From Octopus sinensis (Eukaryota): a DNA stretch of 64,000 nucleotides. Of the stretch, positions 1 to 11,813 are shown in pieces; position 1 is the stretch's first letter, and each line of letters opens with the position of its first letter. Both the position numbers and the translations under genes were made by a program. The notes below the pieces were generated by a model, which made no database searches, was not told the DNA's origin, and saw nothing but the letters and a program-made list of their open reading frames with translations. The stretch is taken from the NCBI RefSeq assembly GCF_006345805.1, contig NC_043009.1, positions 37,572,001-37,636,000 on the forward strand, written 5' to 3'.

Positions 1-649
1 CCAATTGTCTGTTTTGGCATGGTTTCTATAACTAGATGCCCTTCCTAATGCCAACCACTTTACAGAATGTGCTGGGTGCTTTTTACGTGCCACTGGCACA
101 GGTGCATTTATGTGGCACCAGCACAAGTGCATTTTACATGGCACCAACATGAGTGCCATTGGCATGAGTGCATTTCACATGGCACCAGCACAAATGCATT
201 GTATATATATATTTAATACTATCTATTGTATGTGTGTGTTAATTGTGTTAATGTGTGTTTGTGTCCCCCTTGTCCAGACATTGTATGAGATTTGTAAATG
301 AGCATCAGTCATAGAAATGATGTCCTTCAGTTCCAATCTGCCATAAAAACATGTCCAGCCATGGGGCCCATATAACCTTGCTTAGAAACAAGTGAGGGTC
401 AAGAAATAGGAAAATTTACTTCAATGAATTCCGTCTGACCCATGCAAGCGTAGAAAAGTGGACGTTAAAACAATGACCCTGACAATTATGACAATGATGA
501 TAACTAGCAGTTGCCCAAGCATGCAAGTTTCCCCTCTCCATTCTACAGACATTGTCCAAGGTGAAAAAGGGAATCTGATATAACAGACACTGGTGTTGTC
601 CCTAAATATCAATGACATCATAGGGATACTGTAATAACTTGCAACCGAC

Positions 650-767
650 CTTCTTTGCAGATTGCTGAGAGGTCAGCCCCAACAAAACCATGGGCAGCAT
701 CAGCTATGTCTTTGACTTCTGCTTCAGTGACAGTGTTGGGAATATTCTTCAGCAGCTTTTTCAGAAT
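650..767 (-). CDS. SPATA5: SPATA5/AFG2A coding exon 9 (D1 helical subdomain); gene continues left of the window
   Basis: ILKKLLKNIPNTVTEAEVKDIADAAHGFVGADLSAICKE; aacag acceptor, G|gtcggt donor. Confidence 0.92.
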
Positions 768-2254
768 CTGTTAGGATTATAAACAAGATAATGGAAATTT
801 TTTTAAATTACTGCTGACACTGTGTTATACGGACCACTATCGTTACATCTACTATTACAGCTACTGCGATTTTTAGAATGAGATGATCAGGCAGAACTGT
901 TTGGACACTGACCATCTTGCACGGCTGACTGGACATTCAGCCAGTTTTGGCACTGGATGTAAGCACACAGACTCATAAATATGTGCATACAGAGAGACAG
1001 AGCAAGAAAGAGAGAGTGATTATAATTTATCAATTGAACATGACTGACATAAACACTTTCCCTTTATTCATTCATGTAAAGAGAGAACAAGAGAAACAGT
1101 AAAATGTCTGTTGTCAAATAAGTCAGCATTGAATCAGTGATTGAAACAGTTGGGTTAAAACATCTCATAAACTGTTATTACTACTAATGCTGCTGCAACT
1201 AAAACCATCACTACTACTCCTACTGCTGCTGCTACTACTACTACTACTACTACAAGTCAATGCAAAATCTTCCATGTGGTCATTCAACAGCTAGAAATAC
1301 CTGCCAAATCTACTTCAAATCACATCCTATTGTCTGGAGAAAAAAATACACATGGAGTGGTCGTACCTGGAATACTTTTGATTATAAGTTCAAAAGAACA
1401 AAATGAATCTGAGGGTAAGCAACAACTACTGCTACTACTACCACTACTACATTTACTTATTCTCATCATTATCATTTTAACATCCATTTTTCTATGTCTG
1501 CATGGGTCAGATGGAATTTGTGGAGGCAGATTTTATACAACCAGATGCCCTTTTTGTCACCAACTTTCACCACTTTCCAAATAAGGTAATTACACCCCAT
1601 GACCAAAATGTTTCCATGGAAATGATACAACATGTATTGACACTTGTTTACAACTATCAAGTGATGTCAAGCTAAGGAGACACTAACATTTTTACACACA
1701 TACAAACATACATATACGCAAACACAAGCACATGACAGGCTTCTTTTAGTTTCTTATTTCTTTACTGCCCACAAGGAGCTACACACAGAGGGGACAAACA
1801 AGGACAGACAAACGGATTAAGTCAATTACATTGACCCCAGTGTGTAACTGGTACTTATTTAATTGACCCCGAAAGGACGAAAGGCAAAGTCAACCTCAGC
1901 AGAATTTGAACTCAGAACGTAGCATCAGACGAAATACCGCTAAGCATTTCGCCCAGCATGCTAACATTTCTGCCAGCTCGCCGCCTTTCAGTTTCTATCT
2001 ACCAAATCGCTTCACAAGGCTTTGGTCACCCCGGGGCTATAGCAGAAAATGTGACTGAGTCTGAAACCATGTGGTTGGAAAACAAGCTTCTAAACCACAC
2101 AGCTACACCTGCACCTATTAAGAGGTTGGCAAATCCTAGTGAATTGTTAAATAACAACAAAACTGGTTGGTTCAATGTTCATTCCAAGTTCTTAAAACAG
2201 CTTCCGTAACAATGGTGGTGGCCAAGCTGCAGCTTCTGAGTCACGAGTATTGAA

Positions 2255-2885
2255 ATCATCATCATCATCATCGTTTAACGTCCGTTTTCCATGCTAGCAT
2301 GGGTTGGACGGTTCAACTGGGGTCTGGGAAGCCAGAAGGCTGCGCCAGGCCCAGTCTAATCTGGCAGTGTTTCTACAGCTGGATGCCCTTCCTAACACCA
2401 ACCACTCAATGAGTGTAGTGGGTGCTTTTTACGTGCCACCTGCACAGGAGCCAGACGGGGCTGGCAAATGGCCATGATCGGATGGTGCTTATTACGTGCC
2501 ACCGGCACGGGGGCCAGACAAGGCTGGCAACAGTCACAATCGGATGGTGCTTTTTACGTGCCACCGGCACGGAGGCCAGTCAGGGCGGCGCTGGCAATGG
2601 CCACGTTCGGATGGTTCTCTAACGTGCCACCGGCACTAGTATCACAGCTACAATTTCCATTGATGTTGATCGATTTCGATTTTGATTTTCACTTGCCTCA
2701 ACAGGTCTTCACAAGTAAGATTTGTGTCACAAGAAGGAAAGGTATGCATAAGTGGGCTGGCTACGTCCCAGGTAGAGGCCACGGGTTATGGTCCCACTTG
2801 TCCTGCCGGGTCTTCCCACGCACAGCATACTTCCAAAGGTCTCGGTCTCTGGTCATTTCCTTGGTGAGACCTAAAGTTCGAAGGT
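2255..2885 (-). mobile_element. 3' end of an RTE LINE (last codons plus 3' UTR with tandem units and (TGA)n tail); UTR-only copies at 6850-7190, 41038-41585, 48845-49150, 63648-63946 and elsewhere
   Basis: Minus strand reads LRTLGLTKEMTRDRDLWKYAVRGKTR followed by the abundant ...GCATGGAAAGCGGACGTTAAACGATGATG terminus. Confidence 0.7.
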
Positions 2886-3256
2886 CTATTTTACCTCAAA
2901 CCTCTTTAACATTCCTATCAAGCAGATTTTAAAATATTAACTACAAAAATGAAGACTCAAAAAAAAGCCTTCAACAGAGATTAATTAATCTACTTGAGTG
3001 AATAGTATTGTGTAGCTATGTATTAATTTTATTCATGAACATAGTTTTAAAAATGTATGTTGTGGCTCATGAATATTTTTATTTAAAAAAATCATATGTG
3101 CTTCAGTTTTATGACATGGGATTTATGAAGGATAAACATTGTGTTTATATTTATGCTTGTTTGACAGTCCATCAAAGAAACTGGAAAAACTTGTGCAAAA
3201 ATGGGAACAAAATTTGTCTTGAAGTTGGTAAACTGTAACAAAATTAGTCTGCTTAC

Positions 3257-3391
3257 ATCGAGTCGGTCTTTTGCAGTTGGTACACCAACCTCTATTTCAC
3301 GGTCAAACCGACCAGGGCGCCGTAAAGCTGAATCAATCACTTCGGGTTTACTTGTGGCTGCCACAACCAGTAATAATTCATCACAGACATC
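3257..3391 (-). CDS. SPATA5: SPATA5/AFG2A coding exon 8 (second region of homology, arginine fingers)
   Basis: [45 protein letters not shown]; ag/gtaagc. Confidence 0.95.
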
Positions 3392-3541
3392 CTAGATAAT
3401 AATAAGAAGAATTTCAAGAAATCTTAAATGTCACAAATGAATCAAATACAAATTACACAGGCTGGCACAGAAATTAAGTAACAAGGACACAGAATTAAAT
3501 GTCACATCTTGGAACATTGATACAGATATTATACTATACCT

Positions 3542-3758
3542 ATTTCTTTACTACCTACAAGGGGCCAAACAAGGACAGACAAACGGATTAAGTCGATTAC
3601 AGTGACTCCAGTGCGTAACTGGTACTTAATTTATCGACCCTGAAAGGATGAAAGGCAAAGTCGACCTCAGCGGAATTTGAACTCAGAATTTAACAGCAGA
3701 CGAAATATGGCTATGCATTTCGCCCGGCATGCTAACGTTTCTGCCAGCTTGCCGCCTT
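3542..3758 (-). mobile_element. SINE family A copy with 17-bp TSD; other copies at 1754-1987, 13100-13490, 37010-37222, 55985-56138, 59230-59660
   Basis: GGCGAGCTGGCAGAAACGTTAGC...GAGTTCAAATTCCGC...AAAGAAATA; GATATTATACTATACCT at 3525-3541 and 3759-3775. Confidence 0.8.
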
Positions 3759-4881
3759 GATATTATACTATACCTCTATTTGTTTAAGGCAATCTATTAA
3801 ATGCTTGTAAAACCAAGAAAGAGTTGGTTACCATGAGAACTGGGAAAGCCTGACATTTCAGATAAAGATTCTTTGATGGAGAGATCATATAACAGCTGGC
3901 AGAAATGAAAAAGAAGTGAACTGACAAGAAAGTCAGAACAAAAAGAGGAGGTAATCACAATAAATGAGCAGGTGTAATAGTGAGGTGTGCAATATGTGGA
4001 ATGTAAATACCATCTCCTCTGCTACTTGACCCTATCTTTTAACCTATTCACTTCCGCCAGCCTTTAAGTGATTATTCCACGTTAGGACCTATGCCGTAAC
4101 ATCATATTTTTCATTACCAGCATTGCCAAGACACACTTTAAATCATTTCCTCTGATTTCAGATTTTACCATTACCTAATTCTTAACATGATTAAATGGAT
4201 ATAGAATAATATAGAGTATACTGGTTATCATCCTCTTTTACTGTCCACTTTTCATGGGTCGACTATATCCAAGAAGGCAATGTTTTAGCATAGCTCAGTG
4301 ACTGAAATCAGTAAAATACAAAATGTATATAAATGTATACACATTCATATATACATGTATGCTTTTATCTATCTATATATGTGTGTGTGGGTGTGCATGT
4401 ATAATATACATGTATGTGTGGGAACGTGTACATATACATACACACATACATGTATATCAGGACAGAGACCTGCTAAGCAGAAACCAGCAAATGGCAACCA
4501 TGTAACCCATAGAAACCTGTGTTTTGTTGGGTCATTGGCGACAAAACTAGCAACCTTACCAAGCTTGCTGGTGAGAAGGAAATTTGAGGGCAGTGTGGGA
4601 TGAAAAACAAAAACCAATCAAGGGGTGGATAAACACAGTTGACTGAACAGCCATCCAGTAGAGTAAAGTAGAGAAAGAGAGAAAGAGAGACAGTGTGTGT
4701 GTGTGTGTGTGTGCAAGTGTTTGTGAATTGGAAGAGCACTCGAAGCTTGCAACATTAAACCCATCAATAATAAACAGAAAGGGTGGAGTGAAGACCAAGC
4801 TTTGACAAATATCCATAGCGGTACACACACACATATACTTATGAAAAATAAATACAGAGCAAGATAAAAACCAATACATAC

Positions 4882-5005
4882 ATTGCTGATGCCATCCATT
4901 AAAGTGAGGAGTGTGGAGACAACTCGTTTCTCTAGCTCAGTAGCGCTGTTCTGTCTTTTGGGACAAAGACTGTCGAATTCATCAATCAGAATGATGCTTG
5001 GTGCC
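4882..5005 (-). CDS. SPATA5: SPATA5/AFG2A coding exon 7 (D1 Walker B)
   Basis: [41 protein letters not shown]; tttcag acceptor, gtatgt donor. Confidence 0.95.
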
Positions 5006-5307
5006 CTGAAAGGATAACATTGATATAAGGACATAGAGTTAACAATAGTAGTAACAAATACTTGGTGTCTTGACAGAACAACATTGATGTAAAGTTTGTC
5101 ACAACTATCTCTGTCTCTCTTCCATCGCTCTCTCTCCTCTACAATCCTCTTGCTCCTTTTCATACTCTCTCTTCTTTCATTCCATTGCTCATTATTCTCT
5201 CTTCTGCTCACCCATTTTTTCACACTTGCTTGAAAGATTGGAAACAATGTAGAGTAGAAAGGATACTTTAGTCTTGCAGGGGACACTGTAACCTCATTAG
5301 TACTTGT

Positions 5308-5598
5308 TGTTTCTTCCTTCTCGATCCATGCCTGGCTCATAGTGCCGGTTTCCCAGTTTCCTTGGCGTATAGGTTCCCCACCTGGACGGGATGCCAGTCC
5401 GTCGCAGGTGAGCTGCAAGATGCAGAGTGAGAGAAAGTTGTGGAGAAAGAGTTAGCAGAAGTTTGCCATTACCTTCTGCCAGAGCTGCGTGGAGCTTAGG
5501 TGTCTCGCTCATAAACACACACATCGCCCAGTCTGAGATTCGAACCTGCAATCCCTCAACTGCGAGTCAACTGCTCTAACCACTAGGCCATGTGCCTC
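5308..5598 (-). mobile_element. Full-length tRNA-derived SINE with 13-bp TSD
   Basis: A-box TGGCCTAGTGG and B-box GGTTCGAATCT; CATTAGTACTTGT at 5295-5307 and 5599-5611. Confidence 0.85.
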
Positions 5599-5739
5599 CA
5601 TTAGTACTTGTACTACACCCCAAAAAAAAATTCTAAACTCTATAAAGTAGTTGGCCAACAAAGCGTGGTAACACTGGACAGAGGGAATTCTTTCTCATGA
5701 TTTTGTAGTGAACAAAGCTAGAAGCCACTGTAGCATAAG

Positions 5740-6070
5740 GGACAACAAAGAGGGAGAGAAAGGGGCTTACAAATTCAAAAGATGTTAATTGACAGAAAAC
5801 TTAAAGGACTGAATATTATAAATCAAACGAAAACAAGAGTGTGGCATTTTGAGGGAAAAGCTATTACAATAAAGGAATTTACAACAAATAGGAAGTTTAA
5901 TAGAATCATCTGGGAAGAGAAGTGGGTGGTATGTTTAAAGGTCTTGACACAGTGTATTGGACCAGAAAGTTCATCAGGGCAATAACCATGGAAATATTTA
6001 TAGAAAAGACACAATGCAGAAAGATTCTGACAATGAGTCAAGGACTCTAACACAGTAGAAAGAAGACCTA
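5740..6070 (-). mobile_element. CR1/Jockey-group LINE 3' fragment
   Basis: LESLTHCQNLSALCLFYKYFHGYCPDEL resembles the group's C-terminal motif. Confidence 0.6.
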
Positions 6071-6741
6071 CCATGTTAATAATTTGATTAAGCAAGTTAA
6101 AACACTCACAGGAGGCACCAGCCTAAAGATGACAGCAATATTCAATACAAGGTTGACTGATATGCTTATAGAGATACAAAATACTACACATTTTATCTGA
6201 AATGCTAATGATGCCGCTACCACTGCCACCACTAGCAACAACAACAGTAATAATAATATGGTGTTAGGAAGGGCATCCAGCCATAGAAACCATGCTAAAA
6301 CAGGCAATTGGTGCCTAGTGCAGCTCTCTGTCAAACTCCTCCAACCCATGCCAGCATGGAAAACAGATGATGAATTTTATACAAAAACTCAAAACCAGAA
6401 ATTTTGGAGGGGGTATTAACTGATTGAAGTGACCCCAACACTTGAACGATAATTAACTTTATGTAAGTAATTGACTATCAAAAAACAGAAAGGGAAAGCT
6501 GATCCCTGTAGTATTTGACCAAAGAACTTAGCAGGACATTGCCCAATCTGAGAAATTTGGGTTTCATCACATAGATAATACAATGGCAGAGGACGGAGAT
6601 ACTTACGTGAAGACCTTATGGTATTGCAGACCTAACCAACCTATGTTAACATACATAACAGACAATTTTACCATGGTGTTGGCAGCAGTGGTGGCAGTGG
6701 TTGTCACACACACATACAGATAAAAAATAAAAGAAAAATAC

Positions 6742-6798
6742 CTTTCTTTTGCTTTTCTGAAAATTTCCCTCAGACGAGATTCAGTTTCTCCAAAATAT
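6742..6798 (-). CDS. SPATA5: SPATA5/AFG2A coding exon 6 (pore-loop region)
   Basis: ttgcag|A TAT TTT GGA GAA ACT...AG|gtattt = YFGETESRLREIFRKAKER. Confidence 0.93.
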
Positions 6799-8567
6799 CT
6801 GCAAGAGAAGAATTATTGAGAAGAAGAAGAAAGATGTCAGCGAAATTTAATATATTCAAAAAAGGGGATGAGTATATTTAATATATTCCAAAACAAATTT
6901 AGTACTGAGCTATGGGCTACAAGTTTTGGGTTGTTTGCCAGCCTCGCCTGGCCCCCGTGCCGATGGCACATAAAAAGCACCATTTGATCGTGGCCGTTTG
7001 CCAGCTTCGTCTGGCACGTAAAAAGCATCCACTACATTCACGGAGAGGTTGGCGTTAGGAAGGGCATCCAGCCGTAGAAACATTGCCAGATCAGACTCGG
7101 CCTGGTGCAGCCTTCTGGCTTCCCAGACCCCAGTTGAACCGTCCAACCCATGCTAGCATGGAAAGCTGACGCTAAACGATGATGATGATGATATCTCATT
7201 TGCAAAGCTGTAAAAATGGGGAAATAAATTGACAGACATTATCAGGATTGTGAAAGTGCGGAAGTAAATTGTAGGATTTTATTATTTTGCAATTAATTAA
7301 GCAAATGTCTTAGGCATAGGCATGAAAGCGTGGTTAAGAATTTCACTTTACAACCACATGGTTATGGATTTGATCCCAGTGTCTTCTACCATAGCCTAGG
7401 CTAACCAAATCTTTGTGAGTGGATTTTGAAAACCCAGAAGCCCATTATGTACATGTGTATATATGTATGTTCTTTTCTGTTTTTAATTATTTAAATTCTT
7501 CCTTTGAAGGAGTTGGTTTCTAACAAAGGTACAAAGCTCCATCGTTGGAACACAAATAACGAAAACAATGTCACATTTTAAACCTGAAAAAAGTTTTGCA
7601 TAGTTTTACTGTTCCACTTACAGATTGCATTTGTAAAGTGTGAATCAGTTGGTTGATTTCTTTTCCTAAAAATCCAAGCTTATCCAGATCGACAGTTAAG
7701 CATCTATTTACAAAACAAAGTGCACCAATTATTATTGGTATAAATGTAAATTTGTAATCTGGATATTGAAGATGTGTGTGTGTGTGTGTGTGCATGTATA
7801 TGTAGATACACACATCCAAACCATGCCAGCATGAGAAGAAATGGACATTAAATAATGATGATGATGAAATATATATATATACCTATATGTGAGTGTGCGT
7901 GTGTGTGTGCATGTGTGTATGTGATGTTGTGTGTGTGTGTTCATTTCTGTGTCTTAGCATTGACAGCACTTGGGTAGTAATGTCCTGCAGCTCAGCAGTT
8001 CAATATGTCAAGACCAGTGAAATAATGTACCATATTTGAAAACAAGTAAAAGCTGACATCAGGAAGGGCATCCAGTCATAGAATACTGTCCCAAGAAGAT
8101 TCATACAATCCATGTCAATATGCCAAAATCAAGCATAAAAAAGGACAATGATAATTATTATTAAATTTTCTGTTATTTTCCTAATTCTCTTTTAACATTG
8201 CCCAAAAGACTCTCTAGAAGATAGGAACTTGTACTTTAAGACCTCACCATGACTGCTCATGCTCTATACACATTTCATAATTAAACACAAGACTTCGGTG
8301 TTTTGATATTCATGCCTTTCTTTTGAGCATTAATACAGTATATAAAGCTATAAATTAAAACTGGGCTATGGACAGACATATATGCCACATATCTCTTTTA
8401 ACCCCTTGATACAAACCCACTTGAGATTACCTTTGGATCTATTGTATAACCTGCCTGTTTTAAGGGGATCTAAATTAAAACTTCCAATTAAAATTCCATG
8501 TTAGTTCATGTCTCAAACATCAGCTTAATACCGACAAAGTTAATTTACTATATTCTTCAATATTCTT

Positions 8568-8799
8568 ATTTCTTTATTGCCCACAAGGGGCTAAACATAG
8601 AGGGGACAAACAAAGACAGACAAATAGATTAAGTCGATGACATTGACCCCAGTGCGTAACTGGTACTTAATTTATCAGCCCCGAAAGAATAAAAGGCAAA
8701 GTTGACCTCGGCAGAATTTGAACTCAGAACGTGGAGACAGATGAAATACCGCTAAGCATTTCACCCAGTGCGCTAACGTTTCTGCCAGCTCGCCACCTT
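8568..8799 (-). mobile_element. SINE family A copy with 19-bp TSD
   Basis: TATATTCTTCAATATTCTT at 8549-8567 and 8800-8818. Confidence 0.8.
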
Positions 8800-8894
8800 T
8801 ATATTCTTCAATATTCTTTTAATTAATTGAAAGAAATATAGTGTATTTCAGTAAAAATATGGTAACAAAAGGCTTAAGAAAGAAATGGACTTAC

Positions 8895-9024
8895 TTGCTC
8901 CAGATTTCTGGGCCTTTAATTTCACTGACAAAGCATTGAACTTCATTGCTAATGGCTCTCATCAAAAGAGTTTTTCCACACCCAGAAGGACCATATAAAA
9001 GAATACCTTTCGGTAGTGAAAGAC
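8895..9024 (-). CDS. SPATA5: SPATA5/AFG2A coding exon 5 (D1 Walker A)
   Basis: GLSLPKGILLYGPSGCGKTLLMRAISNEVQCFVSEIKGPEIWSK with canonical ag/gt. Confidence 0.95.
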
Positions 9025-10208
9025 CTGTAAAGGAATTTACAAAATGAATAGATCTCTAAGGTTGACAGGAACCTAACAGAAAGAACATAATAAAGACAGT
9101 AGGATCCAAGAAAATTTGTTGAGCTATGTCTGCAAATAATGAGTAGAAAGAATCAAAATGTTTTTTGCTATAAAGAAAAGGAAAAGGCTAACATTTCAAA
9201 CAATATTCTTCATTGACAACAGATGTATGAGATAACACCTGATGGCACAGGTGTAAAATCAATATATAATACACCACTTGAATCTCAAACCTAAATTGAC
9301 TTAAAAACTTATAATACCATATACTATACATCTAGTGAAGGCATGTGGCTTAGTGGCTAGGTGTATTTGATTCATGATCGTGAGGTTTTGAGTTTGATTT
9401 CTGGCAGTGCATTATGCCCTTGAGCAAGACATTTTACTTCACATTGCTCCATTCCACTCAGCTGGCAAAAATGAGTTGTACCTGTAATTCAAAAAACCAG
9501 CCTTATCGTATTCTGTGTCATGCTGAATCTCCTTGAGAACTATGCTAAGGGTATGTGTGCTTGTGGAGTGCTCAGCCAAGCAGTTTCATTGATCAAATCA
9601 ACTGGGACCCTTGTCATCAAAACTGACAGAGTGTCAATTAGATACACATCTACTACATGAATAGATAATCTACAACAACTCAAATAGATTGCTTTTTAAT
9701 GTGTCTCAATAAAACACATTGATATATAATAAAAATATAATCTTAAATATAAAAAGCTTTATAACATTAGCCGTATTTTTGTTTAGTGGCTGGGGGAAAA
9801 ATTTTACCACCAAATGTCATGTATTAAATTCACTCTAATTTCAATGTTGGTTTTGGTGACAAATTACATGAATGCTTGTAGCTTAGTGATTAAAGTGCTG
9901 CACTCAAAATGGTAAAATCATGGTTTCGATTCCTGGACTGGGCAGTGTGTTGTGTTCTTGAGTAAAACACTTCATTTCATGTTGCTCCAGTTCACTCAGT
10001 TTACAAATGAATAATCCTGTGACAGATGGGTGTCCTGTTCACTGGGGAATGTTGTGATCTGGGTCACTTACGTAACATGAAAACTAACTGGCCCTATGAG
10101 TTATAGGACTTGATGCAGTAATATCCAGGGCATACCTTTTCTTTTCTTGCTGGCATAAAAAAAAAAGTATGTATCATACATGGAGTTTTATGGAATACAA
10201 AATCTTAC

Positions 10209-10889
10209 CATAGGCACTAAAGAGATCTGGTGATGATAGTGGCAAATCTATTGTTTCTCGTAGAGCAGCTATCTGAGCATCCAAGCCTCCAACGGATGAA
10301 TAAAAAACTGAAGGAGCTTTCTTCGTTTGACTTTTCTTCTCAGAACCATTAACTATAATTTTGGTGTTGGTGGTTACTTTAAAAAATGTCCTCTCACAAT
10401 TTATATCACATGTCAAATTAGCCTTCGATGGTGTGTGGAAACCTTGCATAGTTGAGGAAGATAATGGAGTTGAAACTTGGACTGGTGATTTTAAGGTTTC
10501 AACAAATGAATTTGAAGGACTACAAGAAGAGTTAGATGGTCCAGGATTTTCATTTGCTAAGGATGTACAGGAAGTGGTTAGAGAATTCTCATCTTGTGAT
10601 AAGTTTTCAGCCAAGATTTTCTTCTCACAAGAGATTTTCTGCTTTACTTTAGTAGAAGTAGGAGTTTCTGGATGAATGTCAGCAAAAGAAGTAATTTTTT
10701 CTGAAGATAACTCCATCTTACTCATGCTATCAGTTAGCATGTCTGTTCCTTTTGTATCCACAGATCTAGATTTAGAGACTTGGAAAGACAAATGTTCTGT
10801 GAATCCCTGAATCTTTTTTATTGTAAAGGAACATGCTTGACCATAATAATTAACAGAAAATTTGTTGTTCTCACAGAAGAATTTCCCAT
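10209..10889 (-). CDS. SPATA5: SPATA5/AFG2A coding exon 4 (N-domain end, linker, start of D1)
   Basis: tttttcag|AT GGG AAA (DGKFFCENNKFSVNYYGQ...) through SSVGGLDAQIAALRETIDLPLSSPDLFSAY, donor G|gtaaga; 681 nt open. Confidence 0.92.
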
Positions 10890-10950
10890 CTGAAAAATGT
10901 CAAATATAGAGAAGTAATTAATAATAATTACAGGAAAACAAAAATCTTCA

Positions 10951-11345
10951 ATAATAATAATAATAAATAATAATAATAATAATAAATAATATAATAATAA
11001 TAATAATAATAATAATATAATAATAATAATAAAATAATAATAATAAATAATAATAATAATAAATAATAATAAATAATAATAATATAATAATAATAATAAT
11101 AATAAATAATATAATAATAATAATAATAATATAATAATAATAATAAATAATAATAATAATAATAACAATAATAATAATAATAATAATAATAAATAATAAT
11201 AAATAATAATAATAATAATAATATAATAATAATAAATAATAATAATATAATAATATAATAATAATAAATAATAATAATAAAATAATAATAATAATAATAA
11301 TAACAACAACAACAACAACAACAACAACGGTGATGATGATGATAA
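10951..11345. repeat. Long imperfect (AAT)n microsatellite grading into (AAC)n and (GAT)n
   Basis: Direct inspection. Confidence 0.97.
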
Positions 11346-11754
11346 TTTCAGGACTGAAAGCAGAGACTGAAGGTTTCATATTGGTTGCACAAGATCAAAG
11401 TTTGCTTACATTTTGTCTGACACACTAAAGATTATACCAGCTCAGCACCTAAATAATCCTTTCTATTATAGGGCTTGAAATTTTTTAGGGGACAGAGCCA
11501 GTCTATTACAATGATACCAGTGTTCAACTGGTAGTTACTTCACTGACCATGAAAGGACGAAAGGCAAAGTCGACCTCAGCAGAGTTTGAACTCAGAATAT
11601 GCTGCAAAGCATTTTATCCAGCATGCTAACAATTCTGCCAGGTCACCACTTTAAAAATAATAATCTCATTAGTTGGTCATTTTTCCCCCCTTTTTTTTAG
11701 TAAATAAATGATTTTTTTATATTTGAAAGAAGTGAAAACACTAATCTGACTCAC

Positions 11755-11813
11755 CTAATTTCAACTGTAAATACTTGATGAAATCATTAGATGAATGGAA
11801 ATCTTTACAACAC
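11755..11813 (-). CDS. SPATA5: SPATA5/AFG2A coding exon 3 (59 nt; not in ORF track)
   Basis: ttgtag|G TGT TGT AAA...TTA G|gtgagt encodes CCKDFHSSNDFIKYLQLKL; exactly bridges the phase 2 to phase 1 gap. Confidence 0.8.

Noticed and set aside
4618-5418. 266-aa ORF as a standalone gene
   Set aside because: Chance read-through joining a SINE, intron sequence and SPATA5 exon 7.
5540-5600. tRNA gene
   Set aside because: A and B boxes belong to a SINE head with TSD; no complete cloverleaf. The same applies to the other SINE heads.
10818-11379. ORF-track proteins rich in L, I and Y
   Set aside because: Translations of the (AAT)n microsatellite.
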